Shown here: piece after piece, positions 19,827 to 30,802 of the stretch
Numbering within the stretch: position 1 is the stretch's first letter
How the letters are laid out: each line of letters begins with the position of its first letter
Assembly: GCA_964649975.1 (NCBI GenBank)
Contig: CAZYSM010000010.1
Coordinates: 1,964-65,963, forward strand
Reading direction: 5' to 3'
Length of the DNA: 64,000 bases
Source: an uncultured Bacteroidales bacterium
GTDB lineage: Bacteria > Bacteroidota > Bacteroidia > Bacteroidales > S143-33
Made by a program: the position numbers and the translations under genes
Notes under the pieces: generated by a model
Databases searched by the model: none
The model's input: the letters and a program-made list of their open reading frames with translations, nothing else
Told to the model about the DNA's origin: nothing

Positions 19827-20482
19827 CACGGATTTGTAAACACGTAACTAATTATATTAGCTCCCATTTTCAAAGCCTGTTCGTGCAGATACTCCGAGTC
19901 GTGATAAACCTGAGGGTCACACCATCCGTCGCCCAGATCGCATTCATAATCGTAGAAAACAACCAGACGTCCGTTGTAAAAAATACCAAAGCCCTGAGGA
20001 CGTTTATTATCATGCCTGTGAATTTTAGGCAAGCCATTGGGGAAATCAAAAAACTGATGAAAAATGGGATGAGAAGCAGGTAGTTCTACAAAATCCTTGT
20101 CCGGAAAGACCTTTTTCATCTCACGACGGATATATTTATCCAATCCGTAGCTGTCGGATATTTCCAGGAAACCGCCAGAAATCAAATAATTACGTAAATT
20201 TTCTGCTTCCTGTTCGGAAAAAATAATGTTGCCGTTGCCCGTGATATGCACAAATGGATAATTAAAAATTTCCGGGCTGCCAGGGTCAACAGTAGCAGCG
20301 TCAAGGGCTATGTTTGTTCCCATTTTCTCATTACAAAAACGTGCCAGATTAGGCAAAGCCGTAGGGTTAACATACCAGTTTCCGCCGCCACGATAGCGCA
20401 GAACAGCCAGTTTTACAGTTGTTTTCTGACCAAAACTAAAAAGAGAAACAAACATCAAAAACAATATTAACAAACGCCTCAT
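19826..20482 (-). CDS. DUF4159 domain-containing secreted protein
   Basis: Trimmed to ATG 20482 (MRRLLILFLMFVSLFSFGQ signal peptide). The pattern LRYRGGGNWYVNPTALPNL...FNYPFVHITGNG...EAENLRNYLISGGFL matches my recollection of DUF4159. Confidence 0.6.
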   Translation of the reverse strand: MRRLLILFLMFVSLFSFGQKTTVKLAVLRYRGGGNWYVNPTALPNLARFCNEKMGTNIALDAATVDPGSPEIFNYPFVHITGNGNIIFSEQEAENLRNYLISGGFLEISDSYGLDKYIRREMKKVFPDKDFVELPASHPIFHQFFDFPNGLPKIHRHDNKRPQGFGIFYNGRLVVFYDYECDLGDGWCDPQVYHDSEYLHEQALKMGANIISYVFTNP

Positions 20483-20626
20483 AGCCACGGATTTTATTTT
20501 CAACAAAATAAAACATTTCAACAAAAAAAGAAAAGTGTCCTCTACACGATGGATATAAAACATTTCGCATTTTGCCAGGTAAATTTTATTTTGTCCTTCT
20601 GCTATCAGTGCAAAGCCGTGAAGGAA

Positions 20627-21781
20627 ATGAAAAGAGGTATAGCATTAATAATAAGCGAATTAATAGTCATCAATATTTTCTCTCAGACCTTCATCACCAG
20701 GGAATTTCTGCCAGATACGTGTAATCACGATATTTTTCTCCGTCTGGAAGGATCAATGTTTTTCAAGAACAATGAATATTTCACGCCCTACACAGCCAGT
20801 TACACATGGCCTGGATTTTACTTAAAACCTCAATTACAGTATTATCTTACCCCCAGCACACGCATAAGTCTGGGATATTTCTTTGAAAAATTCTTTGGAT
20901 GGGATAATTTCTGGCGAACAATTCCTGTTTTCACAGTGCAACAACGCCTGACACCTGGATTAGACCTGGTATTTGGCAATATCTACGGAACACTTAACCA
21001 TGGGATGGAAGAAGCACTATTGCGCTTTGATCGTTATATGACCAAACCTATGGAATACGGGATTCAGCTAATATACAAACGGCCTAAATTCAGTGGGGAC
21101 ACATGGCTTAACTGGGAACGATTTATTTACTTCAACTCAACAGTGCAGGAAGAAATACAATTCGGTCATAACAGCCTGCTGCAAGTGATGAACTATAAAG
21201 ATGTAAAACTAAGCCTGCCATTGCAAATCCTTGTATATCACCATGGTGGACATCTGTTAACGCCTATCAGGATATTAACAGTAGCGGATATGATGTATGG
21301 CTTTGAAATAGATAAACCTTTGCCAGATGGAAGTGTTTTCACCATTGAGCCCCTGATGTTTCTATATCAAGGACTTAACGTCCCAGACACAGGACGGAAC
21401 ACATTGCCATATAAGCATGGTTCCGCCTTTTATTTCAAATTCAAATACACAAAAAGAAATCTTAATGCGATGATCGGACTGTGGATGCCTACACAATTCA
21501 TTGCTCCCGAAGGTGAATACCTCATCTCAGATATTTCGGAAACTTACACAACTTATTACGAATTCTCCCGCTTTTTGTTCATAGGTAAAATTGCTTTCCA
21601 CCGTCAAACGAAAAAATACCTCAACTGGGAGCTAAATGCTGGCTTTTACTACGACCCATGGCTCAACAACTTTGCTTATTACTACGGACTATACTTTACA
21701 ATCAACCAGCCGTTTTATCTGGGAAAAATCCATCCGGAAAAAGTCAGATTATCAGACCTGAAATTTCCTAAAAAATTATAA
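20627..21781 (+). CDS. Hypothetical outer-membrane/secreted protein
   Basis: Trimmed to ATG 20627 (MKRGIALIISELIVINIFSQ). The sequence is aromatic-rich and beta-type. No family is recognised. Confidence 0.45.
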   Translation: MKRGIALIISELIVINIFSQTFITREFLPDTCNHDIFLRLEGSMFFKNNEYFTPYTASYTWPGFYLKPQLQYYLTPSTRISLGYFFEKFFGWDNFWRTIPVFTVQQRLTPGLDLVFGNIYGTLNHGMEEALLRFDRYMTKPMEYGIQLIYKRPKFSGDTWLNWERFIYFNSTVQEEIQFGHNSLLQVMNYKDVKLSLPLQILVYHHGGHLLTPIRILTVADMMYGFEIDKPLPDGSVFTIEPLMFLYQGLNVPDTGRNTLPYKHGSAFYFKFKYTKRNLNAMIGLWMPTQFIAPEGEYLISDISETYTTYYEFSRFLFIGKIAFHRQTKKYLNWELNAGFYYDPWLNNFAYYYGLYFTINQPFYLGKIHPEKVRLSDLKFPKKL

Positions 21782-21808
21782 CTTTGGTAAAATTTAAATT
21801 CCAGGCCA

Positions 21809-22744
21809 ATGAAAGAACAACACTTTAATTTCACATCCACTGACGGACAAAAAATATTTGTTTACAAATGGTTGCCAGAGAGCCAGCCCTGGATGATACT
21901 GAACATTGTCCACGGAATGGCCGAACATGCCGCACGTTACAAAGACTTTGCCCGCTTTTTAACCGACAATGGCATAGGCGTTTATGCTATGGACCTGAGG
22001 GGGCACGGAAAAACAGCTGGCACAATGGACAAATTCGGTTTCTTTGCCCCAAAGGACGGCTGGAAGAAAGTCCTGGAAGACCTCCACAGCCTTGTAAAGA
22101 TCATAAACCACGAATGGCAAGGACTACCTATCGTTATGCTGGGTCACAGCATGGGTTCGCTTTTCACAAGAGCTTACATAGCCAAATATCCCGACACCCT
22201 TGACGGCGCAATACTATCGGGCACCAGCGGCCAGAGCGGTTTCCTGGTCTCTGCCGGAAAAACCATTGCCAAACTTCAGGGCATCTTTGCCGGAAAAACA
22301 AGACCCAGCAAGCTGCTTAATAACATGACTTTCCAGGATTACAACAAAGCTTTCCGCCCGAATAAAACAGAATTTGACTGGCTCAGTCGCGACAGCCAGC
22401 AAGTGAAAAAATACATAGACGACCCATGGTGCGGCGGCGTGGTCTCCAACAGATTCTATTACGACTTGCTCTCTCTGGTGCAGTTCATCAACCGCCCCGA
22501 AACTTACCTTGCCACACCCAAGGAAATGCCTATACTCATGTTCTCAGGCGAAAAAGACCCTGTGGGGGACTTTGGCAAAGGTGTAAAAAAAGTTTATGAC
22601 AAATATCTGAAATCCGGCATCAAAAACATCACTCTTAAACTTTATCCTGACGGACGCCACGAAATGATCAACGAAATTAACCGCAAGGAAGTCTATGAAG
22701 ACGTCCTGGACTGGCTAAAAACCAATTTTCAGAAACAAAACTGA
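21809..22744 (+). CDS. Alpha/beta hydrolase (lysophospholipase / monoacylglycerol-lipase-like)
   Basis: HGMAEH oxyanion region, GHSMGS nucleophile elbow, and late D...H residues (GEKDPV; GRHE). Confidence 0.8.
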   Translation: MKEQHFNFTSTDGQKIFVYKWLPESQPWMILNIVHGMAEHAARYKDFARFLTDNGIGVYAMDLRGHGKTAGTMDKFGFFAPKDGWKKVLEDLHSLVKIINHEWQGLPIVMLGHSMGSLFTRAYIAKYPDTLDGAILSGTSGQSGFLVSAGKTIAKLQGIFAGKTRPSKLLNNMTFQDYNKAFRPNKTEFDWLSRDSQQVKKYIDDPWCGGVVSNRFYYDLLSLVQFINRPETYLATPKEMPILMFSGEKDPVGDFGKGVKKVYDKYLKSGIKNITLKLYPDGRHEMINEINRKEVYEDVLDWLKTNFQKQN

Positions 22745-22793
22745 GATAATTTTATTCCGGATAACAGCGTTTAAGAATAAAACAAGGACGACA

Positions 22794-24221
22794 ATGAAAA
22801 AAATTGCGGTATTTGCCCTCATATTCACCGCGTATTTATCTTATGGACAAAAAGTTACAATCTCAGGCCAGAATAAAACCTATTCCGGCAGGGTGCTAAA
22901 ACTTTATACATTCATAGACCGCATTACATTCAAGCCCACCTTGCTTGACTCATGCACAGTGGACTCTGCCGGAAATTTCTCTTTCTCGGTAAGCCCCAGC
23001 ACAATAATGCAGGTTTTCGTAGACTTAACCTCACGCAGAGGATTTTTTTACATTGTCCCGGGGCATCAATACCACGTAGATATACCCGACTATAAGCCAC
23101 TAACAGAGGACGAATTCCTTAATCCATATTTCCAGCCGCAATATATCCGGCTACCTGTAATAAACACTGACACTAATAATCTGAATTACAAAATTTTTCT
23201 GTTTGACAAATACTACAATATAACTATCAACCAGCTGGTAATAAGGTCTTTGATAAATAAGGACAGTGTAGAATACGCTATTTCTCTGCTAAAAAGATAC
23301 GCACCAAAAGACTCGTCTGAATTTTACAAAAATTACTGTAAATACCGTTTCGGATCCATCCGCTTTGCAACATACTACAAAGACGCATGGAAATTCGGCC
23401 AGGAATATTTATTACACCAAAAGCCATTACTTTACAATCCAGCCTATATGAGCCTGTTTAACAACGTATTTGATAATTGTCTGGGCCCAATGAAAGTATT
23501 TTTTCCGGTGCATAATATTTTGATTAATCTAAAAACAGGAAATTTCCAGGCAATGGTGGACAGCTTTATTTCCCTGGATACCGCCACCAATCATCAAACT
23601 GCACAATTAATTCTGCTAAAAGGACTACATGATTTGTTCTACGACCAGACTTATTTGCAGGAAAATATTATACTGACCATAGAAAATGCCACAAAAACAA
23701 TAACAGACAGCAATCTGCTGCTGATAACCCATAATATCCTTGACAAAATAACGGCGCTGCGTCCGGGATACGCTGCTCCGGATTTTAATTTACCCGGACG
23801 TCTTGGAATACACAAATCCCTTAAAAATTACCGTGGCAAGTTTATTTACCTGAACTTCTGCCATCCCAAGAGCCTGGCATGCCAGGAACAATTACCGCTG
23901 CTTAAACGCTATGCACAGGGGGGACCGGATGATTTTACCGTAGTTACCATACTCTATGGCGTGGATAAAAAGCAATTCAAGGAATTCCTGAAAAAGCACA
24001 AAGATTATAACTGGCCCATCCTGCGGGCTGGCAATAACCACCAGCTGCTAAAAAAATACAAAGTAGTTGCCTTTCCTACATATTATCTAATAGACCCGGA
24101 CGGGAAATTGCTAACAAGCCCCGCCCCGGCGCCTACCGAAAATTTTGATGAAATATTCCTATCAGAATATAAAAAATGGCACAAGGAACACGCAAAACAA
24201 CCGGGTATCAGAACGCCTTAA
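22794..24221 (+). CDS. TlpA/redoxin-like thioredoxin-fold protein with a long N-terminal domain (degenerate CxxC)
   Basis: Signal peptide present. The C-terminal thioredoxin-fold pattern is APDFNLPG...GKFIYLNFCHPKSLACQEQLP...AFPTYYLIDPDGKL. The CxxC position reads SLAC. Confidence 0.6.
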   Translation: MKKIAVFALIFTAYLSYGQKVTISGQNKTYSGRVLKLYTFIDRITFKPTLLDSCTVDSAGNFSFSVSPSTIMQVFVDLTSRRGFFYIVPGHQYHVDIPDYKPLTEDEFLNPYFQPQYIRLPVINTDTNNLNYKIFLFDKYYNITINQLVIRSLINKDSVEYAISLLKRYAPKDSSEFYKNYCKYRFGSIRFATYYKDAWKFGQEYLLHQKPLLYNPAYMSLFNNVFDNCLGPMKVFFPVHNILINLKTGNFQAMVDSFISLDTATNHQTAQLILLKGLHDLFYDQTYLQENIILTIENATKTITDSNLLLITHNILDKITALRPGYAAPDFNLPGRLGIHKSLKNYRGKFIYLNFCHPKSLACQEQLPLLKRYAQGGPDDFTVVTILYGVDKKQFKEFLKKHKDYNWPILRAGNNHQLLKKYKVVAFPTYYLIDPDGKLLTSPAPAPTENFDEIFLSEYKKWHKEHAKQPGIRTP

Positions 24222-25923
24222 AACCATTTCCTCCAAAGAGCTGATGCAGGCTTTTCATTCTACCTTTTTTCCACCACAGCCCTGGCACAGCCTGCCAATG
24301 ACGTGTGGGTGCAGGGTTTACTACCTTTTTCTCTTTTATCCATTCTATAATCAAGGAACGCAAATCTTTTTCAAACTTCTTAATAATACGCTTGTGTAAT
24401 TCCTCATGCGGAATACCAACTCCGTCGGTCAGATGCCCTCCGCCACCATTGGCACGATAAGAATTAATAGCTACTTTGTAAACCCTGTCATAATCAAAAG
24501 GTTCTCCATTGGCCATCTCAATAATCTGAATCTTATCCCCATAAGGTCGGCGTAAATCTACTAAATATTTTATTCCAGCTGCCGAGGAAAAATTATAATA
24601 TTTTCCGTAAAGCACGGTTTCACCCTTCTGATTAACTGTAAAACGCAACAAATGGTCGTTCTCATCAATCATAGTATTAAACCAATTGGCATAGGAAAAC
24701 TCCAGATAATCCTTTATTTCCCGGCCGGTTAATTCCATGATATACAAGAGATTGTCAAATTTGTATAATTTGAACATATCCCGGATAAACACATTGCCCT
24801 TAACAATCCGCGTGTCATAGGTCAGAGGTGCAGAAAAGGAAACATCTGCCCCAGTAATATCCAGCTGTATTTTATGGATTAAATCCACAAAAGCACTATC
24901 CGCAAAAAGCGCCTCCCGTGAGGAAATGGAGCGGGTGAATACACCAACAGGTTGTGCAACATAATTCCTTGCCTGAACAATATGACGACGGAATTTATTT
25001 TCAAAATGATTATGCACATCGCAGAAATTCATCTCCAGATTTAATCCGGTAATATCCTTTTTCTCAAACTTTTTCCGGGCACGGTTGTATTTCATATCCA
25101 CCTCAATAACAGCCACATACTTGGCCAGACTTTTGGGATTAATCACCAGCACTTTGTTTCCGAAATCATTGGTAATAATGGCATTGAATTCCTGATGGTC
25201 GTGGCCTGCAATGACAATATCAAAGCCATCAACTTTCTGAGCCACCAGCAATGACGCATTCTCGTTTTTATAAGTATTCTCGCTCTGGCGGTTATATGTA
25301 AAATCTATGCCTGCATGGAACAGTCCTACAAGCAAATCCGGATTTTCACGCTCTTTAATAATCTTGACCCATTTAGCAGCAGCCTCAATCATATCTTCAA
25401 AATCCATTCCCTCCCACAAAGTCTCTGGTAACCAATTAGGTATTGCTGGCGTTGTTAGCCCCAGGATAGCAATTTTTACACCTCTCCTATCCAACACAGT
25501 ATAAGGCTGAAAATAAGGCTCTCGCGTATCTTTTTTGACTATATTAGCCGAGAGCCATGGGAACTTAAACTCCTTGCGCAAAAAATCATATACCTCGTGT
25601 CCGGCTTCAATATCGTGATTGCCCACCGAAGCTGCGTCATAGCCCATATAATTCATTACCTCTGCAACAACATGTGTCTTTTCCTCACCCGGCTTAGCAA
25701 AATTTTTGTTGGAATAATACACAACCGGCTGTCCCTGCAATATATCTCCATTATCCAGAAGAATAACCTCCTGATCCGAGTTATTCCTCTGCTCCTCTAC
25801 ATAAGTAAAAATCTGGGAAAGGGATGAGGTGGTCAACACATCTTCTATAAAGTCATACTGGAAAATAGCGCCGTGTATATCACTTGTTACTATAAATTTT
25901 ATCTTAATATTTTTGGTTAGCAT
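24208..25923 (-). CDS. Bifunctional metallophosphatase / 5'-nucleotidase-like protein
   Basis: Calcineurin-like metallophosphoesterase motifs are present (TSDIHG, DNGD, GNHD, GHDH). A 5'-nucleotidase C-terminal-like region follows. Confidence 0.78.
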   Translation of the reverse strand: MLTKNIKIKFIVTSDIHGAIFQYDFIEDVLTTSSLSQIFTYVEEQRNNSDQEVILLDNGDILQGQPVVYYSNKNFAKPGEEKTHVVAEVMNYMGYDAASVGNHDIEAGHEVYDFLRKEFKFPWLSANIVKKDTREPYFQPYTVLDRRGVKIAILGLTTPAIPNWLPETLWEGMDFEDMIEAAAKWVKIIKERENPDLLVGLFHAGIDFTYNRQSENTYKNENASLLVAQKVDGFDIVIAGHDHQEFNAIITNDFGNKVLVINPKSLAKYVAVIEVDMKYNRARKKFEKKDITGLNLEMNFCDVHNHFENKFRRHIVQARNYVAQPVGVFTRSISSREALFADSAFVDLIHKIQLDITGADVSFSAPLTYDTRIVKGNVFIRDMFKLYKFDNLLYIMELTGREIKDYLEFSYANWFNTMIDENDHLLRFTVNQKGETVLYGKYYNFSSAAGIKYLVDLRRPYGDKIQIIEMANGEPFDYDRVYKVAINSYRANGGGGHLTDGVGIPHEELHKRIIKKFEKDLRSLIIEWIKEKKVVNPAPTRHWQAVPGLWWKKGRMKSLHQLFGGNGFKAF

Positions 25924-26043
25924 TTTTTACTCCTATTTTTGTAATGGCAGAGATTATAAAAAAAATTGTTTTAAAAGTCAATTTTTTTTGACAAATCGGA
26001 ATAATTTTTATTCAATTAAACCATAAATCATAACACACTAACA

Positions 26044-26520
26044 ATGAATGAATTAAACACATCAAAAAAAAGTTTCTTCATCTGGCTAACAATATTTGTC
26101 ATTTTTTCCGGATTAGTGATAATACTCAAAAAAGTCTTACTCGTAAAAGATTTTATTGACAATAGCAATGTCATACTGGTTATTTCACCTTTACTTTTCA
26201 TCACCAGTATGATACTGGGCTATGGATTATACGACAGGATTATGCGGAAAGCACGGCAAAGCACGGATACAAACGAAAAAATCAATCAATTCAACAAAGC
26301 AAACAAAATCAAATTTATCTTCCTTTCTCTGGGCGGAATTGTCATTGCCCTGACACTGCTACTGATATGGAAAGCCGATTATTTATACCTGTTGGGCATA
26401 GCCCTGATACTGCTGCTGATAGCTTACCCCAGCAGGACAAAGTATGACATTGAATTTAACAGTGAAAGATTCAATAAAAAAAGCCCGGAAGAAACACAAA
26501 CCAAAGAGGGCGAAGAATAA
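26044..26520 (+). CDS. Hypothetical membrane protein (4 TM)
   Basis: Four hydrophobic segments and an acidic C-terminal tail. No family recognised. Confidence 0.45.
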   Translation: MNELNTSKKSFFIWLTIFVIFSGLVIILKKVLLVKDFIDNSNVILVISPLLFITSMILGYGLYDRIMRKARQSTDTNEKINQFNKANKIKFIFLSLGGIVIALTLLLIWKADYLYLLGIALILLLIAYPSRTKYDIEFNSERFNKKSPEETQTKEGEE

Positions 26521-26533
26521 TTGCCCTCTTTGG

Positions 26534-28531
<1,998 letters not shown>

Positions 28532-28676
28532 TTAATTCCCAAAAACAAATAAATAAAAAAAGGGCACAAAGCCCATTTCATTCTATACAAAGATAAGCTT
28601 TTTTTCTTAAACCAACAAATTTATTTATCACTGCAATCCACTGAAAATCAGAGATATACTTACTTAAAGAATCCAC

Positions 28677-29228
28677 TTATAGCCAACGTTTTAGCACATC
28701 TACCAGATCCACGGATAAAAATTTCTTTTGTTCATCCATATCAGGCAGGGCTTCCTTTAATTTATCAATATTCTGGCTGGCAATAGCTTTGTCAACAGGC
28801 CGGTCAATGTATTCAATAACTGTAAAAGCCTCAAAAGCAATATCAAAAGGCTCATTAATGAAAATATCAACCAGCTCTGGCAAATAAGAGGAAAAATCTA
28901 TTGCACTTTGCCACAGAACGCTTAACAAATCCTTACGTATTGTCCTGAAACTATCATCACGTATGTAGGAAAAAATAATTTCTCCAGCCTGGGAATATTT
29001 AATATCTGTCAGCAGCTTGAAAAGTTCCTTCTTCACAAACTCATCTTTTTCCCGTGCATATTTTTCAATAATAAAGGGCAATATTTTAACATTCCCAAAA
29101 TCCCTTATTTCCTTAATAGTCTCTTTAACAACTTCCTGATTGGGCGAACTAAGACGTTCTTTCCAGATTTGTTCCTGACTCTTTTTCTTTTTATTAGTGC
29201 CTTTATTAGATTTTTCCTTATGTTCCAT
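28677..29228 (-). CDS. Hypothetical helical (HEAT-like) protein
   Basis: 183 aa with a Lys-rich N-terminus and predicted all-alpha repeats. No family recognised. Confidence 0.45.
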   Translation of the reverse strand: MEHKEKSNKGTNKKKKSQEQIWKERLSSPNQEVVKETIKEIRDFGNVKILPFIIEKYAREKDEFVKKELFKLLTDIKYSQAGEIIFSYIRDDSFRTIRKDLLSVLWQSAIDFSSYLPELVDIFINEPFDIAFEAFTVIEYIDRPVDKAIASQNIDKLKEALPDMDEQKKFLSVDLVDVLKRWL

Positions 29229-29288
29229 TTTTTTGGATTGAATTTTGTAAAATAATTATCAGTTGCAAATTTAAATATTTAAACTGCT

Positions 29289-30179
29289 ATGTTTAAAACA
29301 TATAAAATTATTTTAATACTTTTAGGATTTTCTCTGATTATCTCTTCGTGCAAAAGAGAAAGCCAACAGAAACAAATAAAACTTAACGAAAAAGATACTA
29401 TTTCGCTATCACAGACCATTACTAAAATTTATTACTCTCTGCCCTCGCCTCTGGAAATAGCCAATCTGGTCCAGGTAGGTGATATAAATTTTGACGACAA
29501 AGCCTTATTTACCCCAGACCAATACCTTAATTTTCAGACAGATAACGAGAAAGCGCTTGCTCTGGGCATTTACGCTGCCGACCTTAGTTTTTGCACCGTA
29601 TTCGGACAACAACAAAAATCCCTGGAATATTTCAATGTGATAAAAAAATTGGCAACTGACCTGGATATTGTTTCTGTCATTTCGGATTCTCTTATGAACC
29701 AGATTGAACAAAACCTCAACAATGTTTACAAACTCCAGCAAATTGTAGGCGAAATCCTATTCAAAACAGATGCACTATTACAAGATTCTCATCGTAAAGA
29801 CCTGGCACTACTGGTAATATATTCCAGCTGGGTGGAAACGATGCATCTATCACTGGATATGGCCGCACAGGCCCAGAACGACAGCGTTAAAAATCAAATA
29901 TATAAAATAATAGCAGACGAATACTTCGTCGTGGATTATTTGATAAAGATGTTGCAAACCAGCACATTGAAACAAAAAGACGATTTCATCCACAATATTG
30001 AAAGCGTAAAAGCTTTATTAAAAAAGCTTGTTAAAATTTCTTATAAAAAAATCTATGACCCTTATTCTGGCAAAATGCTTAAAAAGAAAATCATTAATTA
30101 TCAATTAGATGCAGAAGTTATTAAAAAACTACAACAAAAGATACTTAAAATTCGTAAAAACATAATTGAATACCGGTAA
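29289..30179 (+). CDS. Hypothetical lipoprotein
   Basis: Lipobox LIISSC at the end of the signal peptide. The mature part is helical. No family recognised. Confidence 0.5.
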   Translation: MFKTYKIILILLGFSLIISSCKRESQQKQIKLNEKDTISLSQTITKIYYSLPSPLEIANLVQVGDINFDDKALFTPDQYLNFQTDNEKALALGIYAADLSFCTVFGQQQKSLEYFNVIKKLATDLDIVSVISDSLMNQIEQNLNNVYKLQQIVGEILFKTDALLQDSHRKDLALLVIYSSWVETMHLSLDMAAQAQNDSVKNQIYKIIADEYFVVDYLIKMLQTSTLKQKDDFIHNIESVKALLKKLVKISYKKIYDPYSGKMLKKKIINYQLDAEVIKKLQQKILKIRKNIIEYR

Positions 30180-30213
30180 ATTTTTTTCTTTTGTCAAAAA
30201 CAAGTTCAAAATT

Positions 30214-30708
30214 ATGAAAAGATTTTTCCCTATACTACTCGCTATATTTCTAAGTATCAATCTTTTTGGTCAGTGCCGCGAATATATCAAAGCAATGGCG
30301 CCCACACTGCTTCAGCCTTATGTATCAGACGGAAATTTCTTTGCTCCTGTAGTTTACGAAGGCGATAAAGTCCAGCTTACCAGAACTTTTATTGGTGGAC
30401 AAAAATATAAAATACTCATAATGGGCATGGACCTGTGGCAAAAATATATCACTATAAAAGACGATGACGGATTTACCCTTTTCCAGAACTTCCCACCACG
30501 AAGGAAAAAACTTAACTGCGAATTTACTGATTATCAAGGAAACAAAATCCCGTGCATAGGACAAAATTATTTTGAATTCCAACCTGATCATACTGTCACC
30601 CTCACCATTACTGTAAAAATCCAACAAATAGCTAAAAGGAAAAAAAATAGGGTTAAAGGCTGCCTCGGCATTGTAGTAGGCTATCTACCAAAGGATTACA
30701 AACAATAA
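30214..30708 (+). CDS. Hypothetical small secreted beta-rich protein
   Basis: Trimmed to ATG 30214 (MKRFFPILLAIFLSINLFGQ signal peptide). It has 4 Cys and lies 94 nt upstream of the C10 protease gene on the same strand. Confidence 0.5.
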   Translation: MKRFFPILLAIFLSINLFGQCREYIKAMAPTLLQPYVSDGNFFAPVVYEGDKVQLTRTFIGGQKYKILIMGMDLWQKYITIKDDDGFTLFQNFPPRRKKLNCEFTDYQGNKIPCIGQNYFEFQPDHTVTLTITVKIQQIAKRKKNRVKGCLGIVVGYLPKDYKQ

Positions 30709-30802
30709 ATTTCTCCCTTCAATACCAGGGTAAGAAAATCTATTTTTTTTGAACTCTTTACTTTAAAAATTTATTTTTGTTAAAAAATAAAAATTCAAAC
30801 CT

